25,686 nt of DNA, taken from a virus (taxonomy: Duplodnaviria > Caudoviricetes). The stretch is taken from positions 1 through 25,686 of the IMG/VR virus record IMGVR_UViG_3300044708_000022; one strand, written 5' to 3'. Positions 15,200 to 24,685 of this stretch are shown here, one piece after another (within the stretch, counting starts at the first letter, position 1; every line of letters begins with the position of its first letter). Below the pieces are notes generated by a model. The model was not told the origin of the DNA and did no database searches. It worked only from the letters and a program-made list of their open reading frames with translations. The position numbers and the translations under genes were made by a program.

Positions 15200-18100
15200 A
15201 TGGCCCTTTCCGCGACCTTCACGGCGAACTTCGCCAGCTTCTACGACGCGGTCGACAAGGCTGACGCGAAGCTGAAAGACTTCGGCACGGGCGCCGACAA
15301 AGTCAGCGGGCGCCTCAATACCCTCGCCAATCAATTCAGCGGCCAGAAGATCGTGCAGGAAGCCACGATCATGGCCAAGGCCGTCGAGACCATCGGCGGC
15401 GTGGCGAAGCTCACCGACGCGGAGCTGCGGCGGGTCGGCGCCACCGCGACCGAAGCGGCCGAGAAGATGACGCGCCTCGGGCAAACCGTCCCGCCGGGCA
15501 TCCAGAAGATCGCGGACGCGGCGAAAGCGGCGGCCGACAAGACCAAGGCGCTCGCCGATGAGGTGAAGCACGCGGGCGAGCAAACCGGGTTTTTTGAGAC
15601 CAAGGCGATCGCGATGGGGACGGCGCTTGGCTCGTTTGCCGGCGGGCTGGCGACCCAGGCGATGCAGAAACTCGGGCAAGAGGTCGGCGTGTTCATTGAA
15701 CGCGGCGCGAAGTTGCCGGCGATTGAGGGGTCGTTCAAGCGCCTGGCCGAGGGCGTCAAGCTCAATGCCGATCAGATGGTCGCGTCGATGCAAGTCGGCA
15801 CCTCCCATCTGGTCGCGGATTTCGATCTGATGCAATCGGCGAATAAAGCCATGCTCCTGGGCTTGCCGGTGACCGAGCAAGGCATGGGCGACCTGGCCAA
15901 GACGGCGACGATCTTGGGCAGGGCGATGGGGCAAGACGCCACCAAGTCGCTCGATGACCTGATCACCGCGCTCGGCCGATCGAGTCCGATGATTCTCGAC
16001 AACCTGGGGCTCACGGTCAAGGTCGGCGAGGCCAACGAAGCGTACGCGCGCAAGCTCGGGCTGGCGGTCGATCAGTTGAATCCGGCCCAGCAGAAGATGG
16101 CCTTTTACGAAGCGGCGATGGAGGCGGCGCGGAAGAAAACGGCGGAACTGGGGGAGCAGTCGCTCACGCTCGGCGAGATCGTGACGTCGGTCTGGACACG
16201 GATCGGCAATGCGGTCACCAGGCAAGCGTCCGAGATGAACATCGGGCTCGGTCGGGCGATGTCGTCGTGGAAGGAGTTTGGCGACTTTCTCCAGGTGGCT
16301 GCGGCACAAGGCGTCAACGCCGCGATCAAGTTCGAGGCGGAACGGACGCGCGTGGCGACGGAGGCGGCGACGGCCGAACACGCGCGGACCCAGGCGGCGC
16401 TCGATGATCTGAACAAGCTCGAGGCGGCGCGCAAGGGCGCGGGCGCGTCGATGGTCGAACAGTTGAAGATCGCGCGCGAACACGTCGCGGCGCTGACGAC
16501 GGAGCAGCGGGCGAATGTCGCGGCGATGGTCACGCTCGGCAAGCAATACGCGGATCTCCCCAAAGACATCAAGCTCACGGCAGCGGAGTTCGATCTGCTG
16601 AAGGCGCAACTGCAAGCGGCAGCGACGGCCAGCCGGGCGGCGGAGAGTGAGGCCAAGAAACACCAGGAGGCGCTCGAGGCGCTCGCGGCCGCCCAGCGGC
16701 CAATGTCCGATGCGACGTACGACGTGATTGTGGCGCTGGCCAAGCAAGGACAATCCGAGGCCGACATTGCCAAAGCCATCGGGGTGCATGCCGTCCAAGT
16801 CCGGCAGGTGATGGAGGCCGAGCGGGTCGCGGCCGAGAATGCCAGGATCCTCACCGCGGAGCGCCTCAAGGACGCGGCCGCTGTCCAGAAGATCATGGAC
16901 GAGGCCATCAAGCGGGCGGATGCGCTCGCGAAGGTCGTGGTGGGGAATCTCGGCATCGAGATGAAGGCCCGCCGCGAATCAGCGGACCTGCAGGCCAAGC
17001 TCTCCCTCAGTGCGTACGAGTACGAGAAGTATCAGATCCGGCAATGGGGCGAGGACCAGAAGCGCGCGGTCGATACGACGGCGGCGAACTGGAAGGGGGC
17101 GTATGCCGCCATCGACCAGGCGGTGCACGACAAACTGATTGCCATCGTCTCGCATCAGCAAGGTGTGGTCAGGGTCACGTCGGACTGGTCCGAACAGCTC
17201 AAGATCCTGTCCTCGGAGTTCCAAAAGCTCGGGTCGGCGTCGGGCGGCACGCTCGGCGCGGTGCTCGGCGGCATCGGCCAGATGGTTGTCCAGTTGGAGG
17301 CGGCCGATCAGGCGACAAAGCAAGTAGGTGAAAACAACCAGGAACTGGGCGGGAAGTTCGGCGCAGTGTCGGTGTTGTTCAACAAGAACGCGACCGACGC
17401 GCAACGGTGGGGCGCGGCGGTGCAGACGAGCGCGGCGCTGGCCTCGGGCGCAATGGATGTGTGGACGGCCTCGGCGAATCAGGGGTCGCAAGCCATGAAT
17501 GCGCTGGCCGGCGCGGCCGCTGGTGCCAAAGCCGGATCGGCGTTCGGCGTCTACGGCATGATGATCGGCGCGGCCGCGGGTGGCACGGTCGGCTTTGTGC
17601 GATCGCTCGATGACGGGCGCGAGGCGCTCGAACAATTCGCGAACCGATCGGGCGGCTGGGACCGGCTCCATGCGCAGATGCAGGCGCTCGGAGCCGAGGG
17701 CGAGCGCATGTGGGTCCAGCTCACCCAAGGCATCAAGAAGGGCGACCTCGCGGGCGCGACACGCGAAATCTTGGTGGTGCAGCAGGCGTTAAGTGACTTA
17801 GCGGCGAAAGCCAAGTGGGACTTCGATCAAGCGGCGAAGGCCGCCGAGAAGGCGTTCCAAGATGCGGCCGATGCCGCCAAAGCGGCGGCCGATGAACAGT
17901 TGCAAGTGCAGGAAGAACTGCGCGCCGCCATCAAGGAATACGGATTCACGATCGAGGAATTGGGGCCGAAGTGGCGGCAGCAGGAACTCGATATCCAAGC
18001 GGTCAAGTTGCTCCGCACCTACGATCTGCTCGTCGCGTCGGGAATCGACGTGGCAATCGTGCAAGGTCGGATGTCGGAGTCGATTCTCGAGTACTTCCAC

Positions 18101-18709
18101 AATGCCATCAAAACGGGCTCGACGATTCCTGAGGCGTGGCGGCCGATTCTCGAATCCATGGCGGCGGCGGGCAAGCTGACCGATGAGGCCGGCAATAAAC
18201 TGACCGATCTGTCGGGGGTCCAGTGGTCGAAGTCGTTGGGCGGGCAATTGGACACGATTGCCGAGAAGTTGCAGAAGATTCTCAATCATCTTCTGGGGAT
18301 CGGGGAGTCGCTGGATTATGTCGGAAGCGGCGCGTTCAAGATACCGAATCTCGACTTTACCGGGCCAGCACCGCCCACCATGGGCGGCGGGTTCTTGCCG
18401 CCTAGTGAGGGCGCCTACAAGATGGAGAGTTATCAGGGCGGGACCGATGGCTACAAGAACTTCGGCGCCGGCACGCCGGTCATGCTGCACGGCTGGGAAG
18501 CCGTGGTCCCGCGTGAGCAGTCCTCGGGCGCCTTCGCCACCGTGAGCGGCGGGCCGGTCGGTGGCGGCGTCGGCACGATCAACGTCGGCGGGATCACGTT
18601 GGCGCCGGCTACGGTTGATGAGGCCTGGCTCCGCCGGGGCGGCGCGCGCCAGATTGCCGATGCCGTGGCGACACATCTGGGTCGGACATTAGGCGTGGCG
18701 CCGGTCTAA
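15200..18709 (+). CDS. Tail tape measure protein
   Basis: 1169 aa, Ala-rich helical; GRSSPMILDNLG motif; C-terminal YQGGT...MLHGWEAVVP. Confidence 0.93.
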   Translation: MALSATFTANFASFYDAVDKADAKLKDFGTGADKVSGRLNTLANQFSGQKIVQEATIMAKAVETIGGVAKLTDAELRRVGATATEAAEKMTRLGQTVPPGIQKIADAAKAAADKTKALADEVKHAGEQTGFFETKAIAMGTALGSFAGGLATQAMQKLGQEVGVFIERGAKLPAIEGSFKRLAEGVKLNADQMVASMQVGTSHLVADFDLMQSANKAMLLGLPVTEQGMGDLAKTATILGRAMGQDATKSLDDLITALGRSSPMILDNLGLTVKVGEANEAYARKLGLAVDQLNPAQQKMAFYEAAMEAARKKTAELGEQSLTLGEIVTSVWTRIGNAVTRQASEMNIGLGRAMSSWKEFGDFLQVAAAQGVNAAIKFEAERTRVATEAATAEHARTQAALDDLNKLEAARKGAGASMVEQLKIAREHVAALTTEQRANVAAMVTLGKQYADLPKDIKLTAAEFDLLKAQLQAAATASRAAESEAKKHQEALEALAAAQRPMSDATYDVIVALAKQGQSEADIAKAIGVHAVQVRQVMEAERVAAENARILTAERLKDAAAVQKIMDEAIKRADALAKVVVGNLGIEMKARRESADLQAKLSLSAYEYEKYQIRQWGEDQKRAVDTTAANWKGAYAAIDQAVHDKLIAIVSHQQGVVRVTSDWSEQLKILSSEFQKLGSASGGTLGAVLGGIGQMVVQLEAADQATKQVGENNQELGGKFGAVSVLFNKNATDAQRWGAAVQTSAALASGAMDVWTASANQGSQAMNALAGAAAGAKAGSAFGVYGMMIGAAAGGTVGFVRSLDDGREALEQFANRSGGWDRLHAQMQALGAEGERMWVQLTQGIKKGDLAGATREILVVQQALSDLAAKAKWDFDQAAKAAEKAFQDAADAAKAAADEQLQVQEELRAAIKEYGFTIEELGPKWRQQELDIQAVKLLRTYDLLVASGIDVAIVQGRMSESILEYFHNAIKTGSTIPEAWRPILESMAAAGKLTDEAGNKLTDLSGVQWSKSLGGQLDTIAEKLQKILNHLLGIGESLDYVGSGAFKIPNLDFTGPAPPTMGGGFLPPSEGAYKMESYQGGTDGYKNFGAGTPVMLHGWEAVVPREQSSGAFATVSGGPVGGGVGTINVGGITLAPATVDEAWLRRGGARQIADAVATHLGRTLGVAPV

Positions 18710-18713
18710 CCGT

Positions 18714-21700
18714 ATGGCGATGCGGGTCACGATCAACGGCGTGGATGTGGCGGGCGGGATCTGTTCGGTGCCCGGCGCGACGATCGGGCCATTGAAGAAT
18801 AACGAGCTGTCGCCGGCGCATTTCCAATTCCTTGACGGGGCGGCGCCGAATCGTGGCGATACGCTCGTCGCGTATGCGCCGGACGGCGTGACGCCGATCT
18901 ATGGCGGGATCGTGCGCAAGCGGACGGCGACGGCGTATGCGCCGCATCTCACGGAGATGTTTACCGATTGCGACATTGACGATTGGTGGGTGTATCTCGA
19001 TACCTCGGTACCGACATCGCGCGTGTACGGGGCGCCGGTCACGATGAAACAAGCGCTCGTCGATGTGGTCAACGATTGCGGGTTGGCGGCGATCGGCTTC
19101 ACGGTCGATCCGGCGCAAGTGACGGGGCCAACGTTTCCGGCGTTCGGCTGGCCGGCGACGGGGGCGGCGGAGGCGGTGCGGCGGCTCTCGACGTGGGCGA
19201 CATCGGGATCGGTGAGTTATGTCGCGCAGATTTCCCCATCGAAAGTGATTCGGATGTTCATACCGGGGACCGATCCGGCGCCGTTCACGATTACGGATGC
19301 GGCGCCGCATTGCGAGGAAGTCGGCTGGGCGGATCCGGATGCGCTCCCGTATACGAAGGTGGCGCTGTGGTGCGGGCCGGCCGGGCCGATGGATTACCGG
19401 CAGTCCTGGGTCCAAGCGGGCGCGGCGACGGCCTGGGTGGCGGATATTCCGGCGGCCAACGGGCTCACGGCCGGGTATGTGACGGTCGGCGGCATCAATA
19501 AGACGGTCAATGTGTACGGCGAGGCCGATCCGGCGTCGTTTGGCTGGGAGTGGCAAACGCGGACGTTACATCTCGGGACCGATCCGGTGCCGGCCGATGG
19601 CACGGTCATGGAGTTTGTGTACGCGGCGGCCAGTCCGTTCCTCGTGACATCGGGTACTGGCGCGATTGTGAGCACGTCGAGTGATGAAACGATCTTGACG
19701 CTGGCCGATGGGCAGCGAACCGCGGACGGGTTGTACGCGCGTCTGAGTCAAGGCGCGATTACCTGGGCGATTGTCAGTCACGATCATGGATGGTTGCCGG
19801 GGCAAGGGGTCGCGGTGCATCTGTCGGCGCCGGCCGTCAATCAGACGTTGACGATTAGTGACGTGACGATCCGCTGGGATGCGTCCGGCGTCTGGAAGTA
19901 CGCGATCGCGGCGGTGGAGTCGGTGGTCTATCAGGGCAGTCCAGCCGATCAATGGCGGGCGCTCGGCGTGGGCGTGGCGGGCGGGCCAGCGGCGCCGGCC
20001 ACGATCGGCGGGGATGGCGGGGGCGGCGGGAGCGGCGGCATGCTGGCGTTGCCGGCGGGACAGATTTACGTTGGCTCGCCAAGCAACACGGCGGCGGCCG
20101 TCCCGATGTCGGGGGACATCAACATCACCGCCGCAGGCGTGACGACGATTGCCGCCAGTGCCATCGGGAATGCCGAGATTGTGGCCGGCGCCGGGATTAC
20201 GGACGACAAGCTGGCGACGATTAGCACGGCGGGCAAGGTCGCGAACAGCGCCACGTCTGGCACGGCGGCGGCGGTCGCGAATACGCTCATGCTGCGGGAC
20301 GCCAACGCCGACTTTGCGGCACATCTGGCCGAGCTGCCATTCATTCGATCGCCGCTGTCACCGGCCACGGATCTGCAAATCACGTCGAGTGGCGGTACGA
20401 CGCTGTCGCCCGCCACGCGGCTGCTCCTGCAACCGGCGGAACACGTCTGGATGAAACCGGCCAGCGCAGTCGTCATGGACACGGGCGCGAAGTTGATCAT
20501 TCCGGCGCTGAACTACACGCAGAATCTCGGGCGCCCATTTCAGAAGTTCTTGACGTTGCACGCGGCGGAATTGTGGGTCGAGACACTGGTCGCGCAGCAA
20601 ACGATGGCGACGATCGGCGGGCGCATTCTCGTCGGCCCGACGACGATGCTGGCGCGCGACCTCGCGCCTGGCGACACTACGATCTACGTCAAGCACAACT
20701 CGTTTCTGCTCGGGCAAGCCGGCGTCGAATACGGCTCGAAGCTCTACATGGAATCGGGCGGCCAATTCGAGGCCATGCAGGTCACGGTGTTTCCGGTGTC
20801 GGATGGCGGCACTGGGCCGCCGGTGCAGGAGGCCGACGGATCGTACGCCTACACCGTGCAGCGAGACCTCGATGGCAGCGGGGCGAATGCGTGGTGGGCG
20901 GGCGATGCGGTATTCGATACCGGCAAGAAGGGGTCGGGGTTTATCGACCTCTACAGCGTGCGTGGCGTGCTCTCAGGCTATGGCCCAACGATTGTCGGCA
21001 ATGTCAGAACCAAGAGCGATCCATATGGCTTGTATACCGACATCGTGCCTCGATGGGCCATCGGCAATCTCGACGGGCTGTATGGCTACAGCGGCACGGT
21101 ATTCGGCGCGGCCTTCGGTGACAACGCCGCGGCCTGGCTGAAGATCGATCCCACCAACGGCGTGCGGCTCGGGTTTGCTGGCACCGTGGTGACCCAGATT
21201 GATGCGGCTGGCAATGCGTCCTTCAGTGGCACCGTGACAGCCGGCGGCGGCAAGATCGGCGGCTGGTCGATTCTGCCGAATTATCTGTTCGCGCCTGCCA
21301 CGAACACCTCGATCGCCTTTAACTCGTCGGTGCCGTCGATCGAGATTGGTGATCCACGTCCGCAAGGATTCGGGTATGCGGCCGCAGGTATCTGGATGGG
21401 CAACGAGGGCGGCGTCTATAAGTTTCGGGCGTGCAGCGCCGATGGATTGCGCGGGTTCTTTTGGGACGGGACGGTCGCGACGTTTCGCGGCGATGGGGCC
21501 GGTGTGACCAACATCAACGGCGGCAACATCCAGACGGACACGATTACGGCCACACAGATTGCAGCCGGTGCGGTGACGGCCGCCGAGATTGCCGCCAGAT
21601 CCATCACCGCCGATCGGATCGTGATAGGCGCACTGACAGCCACGGAGATTGCCTCGAGGACCATCACGGCTGATCGCATCGTGGCCGGCGCATTGACGGC

Positions 21701-22151
21701 CACAGAAATTGCCTCACGAACCATCACCGGCGACCGCATTGTGGCTGGTGCGATCACGACGAATGAAATGTCAGTCGGGCAGTTGAGCGCGATCACGTCG
21801 AACCTGGGGACCGTGACGGCCGGTCAAATTTCCGGCGTCACGATCTACGCAGGCACGGGCAACGAGGTCCGGCTCGATGGCAGCGGCATCACGATTACGG
21901 CCTCAGGGCTGGGCGCAAATAGTCGGATCAAGTGGACGGATGGGTCGCATGTCATCGGCAACGGCGGGCAGATGTTGGTCCGTGGCGCGGGCAGTGGCGT
22001 GGTCCTCGACAGCGGCGGGAGCACTGGCTATGCGCTGCTAGATACCGGGGCGTTGACGTTGATGTCGGGGACGGAGTTACGCATTCAAAACTTGCAGGGC
22101 GGCAGCAACCGGCAAGTCTGGGTCGATGGCAGCGGGCGGTTGTTTGCCTAA
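18714..22151 (+). CDS. Large tail-tip/central fibre protein
   Basis: 1145 aa after TMP; beta-rich N-terminal half, Gly linker, GNASFSGTVTA, GKIGGW, ITADRI repeats, LSAITSNLGTVTAG typical of siphovirus tail fibres. Confidence 0.85.
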   Translation: MAMRVTINGVDVAGGICSVPGATIGPLKNNELSPAHFQFLDGAAPNRGDTLVAYAPDGVTPIYGGIVRKRTATAYAPHLTEMFTDCDIDDWWVYLDTSVPTSRVYGAPVTMKQALVDVVNDCGLAAIGFTVDPAQVTGPTFPAFGWPATGAAEAVRRLSTWATSGSVSYVAQISPSKVIRMFIPGTDPAPFTITDAAPHCEEVGWADPDALPYTKVALWCGPAGPMDYRQSWVQAGAATAWVADIPAANGLTAGYVTVGGINKTVNVYGEADPASFGWEWQTRTLHLGTDPVPADGTVMEFVYAAASPFLVTSGTGAIVSTSSDETILTLADGQRTADGLYARLSQGAITWAIVSHDHGWLPGQGVAVHLSAPAVNQTLTISDVTIRWDASGVWKYAIAAVESVVYQGSPADQWRALGVGVAGGPAAPATIGGDGGGGGSGGMLALPAGQIYVGSPSNTAAAVPMSGDINITAAGVTTIAASAIGNAEIVAGAGITDDKLATISTAGKVANSATSGTAAAVANTLMLRDANADFAAHLAELPFIRSPLSPATDLQITSSGGTTLSPATRLLLQPAEHVWMKPASAVVMDTGAKLIIPALNYTQNLGRPFQKFLTLHAAELWVETLVAQQTMATIGGRILVGPTTMLARDLAPGDTTIYVKHNSFLLGQAGVEYGSKLYMESGGQFEAMQVTVFPVSDGGTGPPVQEADGSYAYTVQRDLDGSGANAWWAGDAVFDTGKKGSGFIDLYSVRGVLSGYGPTIVGNVRTKSDPYGLYTDIVPRWAIGNLDGLYGYSGTVFGAAFGDNAAAWLKIDPTNGVRLGFAGTVVTQIDAAGNASFSGTVTAGGGKIGGWSILPNYLFAPATNTSIAFNSSVPSIEIGDPRPQGFGYAAAGIWMGNEGGVYKFRACSADGLRGFFWDGTVATFRGDGAGVTNINGGNIQTDTITATQIAAGAVTAAEIAARSITADRIVIGALTATEIASRTITADRIVAGALTATEIASRTITGDRIVAGAITTNEMSVGQLSAITSNLGTVTAGQISGVTIYAGTGNEVRLDGSGITITASGLGANSRIKWTDGSHVIGNGGQMLVRGAGSGVVLDSGGSTGYALLDTGALTLMSGTELRIQNLQGGSNRQVWVDGSGRLFA
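21541..21770 (+). repeat. About four tandem 60-bp coding repeats (ITADRIVAGALTATEIASRT-like)
   Basis: Exact 60-nt periodicity with many synonymous differences. Confidence 0.9.
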
Positions 22152-22172
22152 CGGCGGCGGGCTGGGGGCGGC

Positions 22173-22430
22173 ATGGCAGAGGGAATGAACGGCGCGCCGG
22201 TGCTCTCGGAGCTCGAGGCGCTCAGGCTCGAAGGGGCGATCGCGCAACTGGAAAACGCGCAACTGAAGATCCACGTCTTGCAGGAGCGGGCGCGCACGGT
22301 GCAAGCCACGATCAATACCTTAGTACAGGCGGCGCACCGTGAGGGCTACACGCTGCGGCGGCTCGAGGACGGCTCGGGGTTTGTCTATGTGCCGGTGGAC
22401 GGGGCGGCGAGGGTGGGGTTGGAAGGATAA
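22173..22430 (+). CDS. Small coiled-coil protein after the tail fibre
   Basis: LSELEALRLE..IAQLENAQLKI..LQE heptads. Confidence 0.72.
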   Translation: MAEGMNGAPVLSELEALRLEGAIAQLENAQLKIHVLQERARTVQATINTLVQAAHREGYTLRRLEDGSGFVYVPVDGAARVGLEG

Positions 22431-22442
22431 GAGGAGGGTGTG

Positions 22443-22625
22443 ATGGACCTGGTCATCCTCGTGCTCGTCGTGGCGCTCATCGGGTTTCTCGTCTACATCA
22501 TCACGACCAAAGTGCCCATGCCGACCGGCTGGGCGACGACCCTCCAGGTGCTCGCGCTCATCGTGCTCGTGCTGTGGCTGCTGTCGCACTTTGTCGCGCT
22601 GCCGAACGTGTTGCCACGGCGATAA
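22443..22625 (+). CDS. Small two-TM membrane protein (holin candidate; resembles Thivi_2564-type proteins)
   Basis: GAGGAGG RBS; two hydrophobic helices joined by VPMP; last gene of the late operon. Confidence 0.75.
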   Translation: MDLVILVLVVALIGFLVYIITTKVPMPTGWATTLQVLALIVLVLWLLSHFVALPNVLPRR

Positions 22626-22639
22626 CCACCGGCGCGGCG

Positions 22640-23032
22640 TCAGCGCATCTGCTTCGGGATAGGCGGAAGACGGTCCACGGCGGTATTAGGCGTCGGGGCG
22701 TAGGGCGACTGGCATTGCGGACACGTGGCCGGGCCGCGTGTGGCGATCAGTCCACATTTCGCGCATTGGATCTGATCAGCGGTGAGCAGAGGATTGGCCT
22801 TCCCGAGGGTCGTCCCCGCCGCGGCGGCCGGCGGCGCCGCCGCTCTGGCGTCACTCAGTAACTTCCGGAGTTCGGCATGGTGCGCGTTGGCCTGTGTGAT
22901 CCGAGCGAGGATGGCCAGAAAGCACGCGACCGCGATCCCGCCGACGCCGCTCGTGGCATTGGACAGGAGCGCGAGCCCGGCGAGCAGCGCGACCCAACTG
23001 ATGAGGACGAGGATGAGGGCGAGGTTGCTCAT
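22640..23032 (-). CDS. Membrane protein with C-terminal zinc ribbon (moron-like)
   Basis: AAGGA RBS; two TM helices, Ala/Pro linker, CAKC...CPQC. Confidence 0.75.
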   Translation of the reverse strand: MSNLALILVLISWVALLAGLALLSNATSGVGGIAVACFLAILARITQANAHHAELRKLLSDARAAAPPAAAAGTTLGKANPLLTADQIQCAKCGLIATRGPATCPQCQSPYAPTPNTAVDRLPPIPKQMR

Positions 23033-23070
23033 GTGTTTGAAGTTTCCTTTGGCCTTCTTGTTCTGAAATC

Positions 23071-23320
23071 AGCGTAACCATTACGTGAATGAAGGGTGCG
23101 GAAACGTGGCGAAAGGTGGTGTTTGGTGACGGTTTAGACTCGCCCTGGCGAGCAGGGCCGACCCTCGATTGAAGCCCGTATTCATTGGTTTATTTGGGGA
23201 TTTTAATGGTGGACGGCGCGAGGCTCGAACTCGCGACCTCTGCGTTGCGAACGCAGGGTTAATTGCGTTTTCCCTAACGTTTTGATGGTGTTTTAGGGGA
23301 GCGTCACTAGAACGTGAATG
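23071..23320. promoter_or_regulatory. attP arms: candidate integrase arm-type repeats and IHF site
   Basis: AGCGTAACCATTACGTGAATG (23071-23091) vs AGCGTCACTAGAACGTGAATG (23300-23320), 17/21 identical, flank the core; minus-strand CATCAAAACGTTA (23287-23275) is one mismatch from WATCAANNNNTTR; region is AT-rich. Confidence 0.6.
23207..23256 (-). other. attP core: 3' half of tRNA-Ala(CGC), not a complete tRNA
   Basis: Minus strand CTGCG-TTCGCAA-CGCAG AGGTC GCGAG-TTCGAGC-CTCGC GCCGTCC ACCA gives anticodon arm (CGC), T arm, and acceptor 3' strand with U70, A73 and CCA; no D arm or 5' acceptor strand. Confidence 0.93.
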
Positions 23321-23380
23321 GGATTAGTGGTTTTTCGCTCGAGTGCACGGGCCGGAATCTACAGGAAGGAGAGTCGCGCG

Positions 23381-23596
23381 CTAGTGGACCGCCCCCCGCA
23401 GGCGCATGGCCTTGGGGAGCCACCAGCGCCACGGCTCGTCGGGCCGGGGCGGGGCGATGCCGCAGACGGGGCAGAAGCCAAACTGCACGAGGTCGCCGTC
23501 GTCGTTCACGATCGGGTCCGAGGCGACGACTGGACTGCCGCAGGGGCAGGAGAGCGCCGCCAGCTCGCCCGGGGCGAAGAGATACGACTGCGGCAT
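23381..23596 (-). CDS. Small hypothetical Zn-finger-like protein downstream of the integrase
   Basis: CPCG and CPVCG; starts 12 nt after the int stop. Confidence 0.5.
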   Translation of the reverse strand: MPQSYLFAPGELAALSCPCGSPVVASDPIVNDDGDLVQFGFCPVCGIAPPRPDEPWRWWLPKAMRLRGAVH

Positions 23597-23608
23597 TGGC
23601 GTCTTACC

Positions 23609-24685
23609 CTAAGCCCGCTTTCTGAGCCGCGGCGCCCCGACCATCGCGAGCTGATCATCCTGCCGGGCCTCCGCATAGATCCGGAGCAGCATCTCCGGGT
23701 GTTTCCAATTGCCCTGCTTCTGGACGGCGCTGATCGGCGCGCCCTTCTCGAGGAGGTACCGCACGGCGCCCGTGCGGCGCGTCGACCAGTGAAACGTCAG
23801 GCCGCCGTGCGCGCGGCCGTAGCGAAGGCCGGCCTTCTTGCAGAGGTACTCGAAACGCTGCCGCACGGAGCCGACCCAGTCCCGCGGGTTTCTGGCGCGT
23901 CGGAACTTCGCGAAGTAGAACCGCTCATCCGTCCGCTCGATCGCCTTCAGGACGGCCAGGGCGCGGGGCGACAGGGCCGTCTCGTAGGCCTCCCCGCTTT
24001 TCGCGTGCTTGACGTACAGCCACTGGCCGTCGTGCTCGCTCCGTTCGAGGTCGAGCAGGTCACCGAGACGGATCATGGTATCGACCCCAAGGATGATGAT
24101 CGCCTTGTCCTGGGCATCCTCCGCGACCTCGAGGAGTTTGTGCTCTTCGGCCGGCTGCATCAGGCGCCGTTTGATGGGCGGCGCTTTCAGGCGCTTCAGG
24201 CCGACGATCGGCGAGGCCGCGAGGTACGTGCCGACCGCATCGCGCAGCATCCCTTTGAGGACGTCGATCTCCCGATTGATGGTCCGCGGGCCGCAGCCGT
24301 CGGCGATCCGGGCGGCCATGTAGGCCCGGACGCGATCGGCGTCGATGGCCGAGAGCAGCTCGGCGTCGAACGCCCGCCGGAGCGGCACGAGCGCGTCGAT
24401 TTCGCGCGCGGCGCCACGGTGGAGCGCGATGACATCGCGGGTGTACCGCTCGGCATAGACGGCAAAGCGCACCATCGGCGGGCCGTTGGGCAGTCGCCGC
24501 ACCTTCCGCTCCGCGAGCTCGAGCATCCGGCGCTGATACGCCTCGACCGCGAGCGCCTTGTTGTCTTTCCTCTGGGTGGTCGTCTCGCCAATGAGAATCT
24601 TGCTGCTCTCGCGCTGCTGCCCTTTCGGCGCGATCTCGAGATGCAGCCAGTAGTACGGCGAGTCGTCGCGGGTGAAAACGCCCAT
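23609..24685 (-). CDS. int: Tyrosine integrase
   Basis: TINREI..LK.ML core-binding motif; catalytic R (IRLGD), K (AKSG), H..R (FHWSTRRT), W (GNW), Y (RIY); adjacent to attP. Confidence 0.95.
   Translation of the reverse strand: MGVFTRDDSPYYWLHLEIAPKGQQRESSKILIGETTTQRKDNKALAVEAYQRRMLELAERKVRRLPNGPPMVRFAVYAERYTRDVIALHRGAAREIDALVPLRRAFDAELLSAIDADRVRAYMAARIADGCGPRTINREIDVLKGMLRDAVGTYLAASPIVGLKRLKAPPIKRRLMQPAEEHKLLEVAEDAQDKAIIILGVDTMIRLGDLLDLERSEHDGQWLYVKHAKSGEAYETALSPRALAVLKAIERTDERFYFAKFRRARNPRDWVGSVRQRFEYLCKKAGLRYGRAHGGLTFHWSTRRTGAVRYLLEKGAPISAVQKQGNWKHPEMLLRIYAEARQDDQLAMVGAPRLRKRA

Noticed and set aside
14324-16798. 824-aa minus-strand ORF (similarly 9960-11534, 13267-14445, 2572-3603)
   Set aside because: Arg-rich antisense shadows of well-supported plus-strand genes
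21541-21770. Diversity-generating retroelement TR/VR or invertible tail segment
   Set aside because: No reverse transcriptase or invertase; the repeats are tandem in-frame structural repeats whose differences are not adenine-specific
23207-23256. Functional phage tRNA gene
   Set aside because: The 5' acceptor strand and D arm are absent; it fits an attP core
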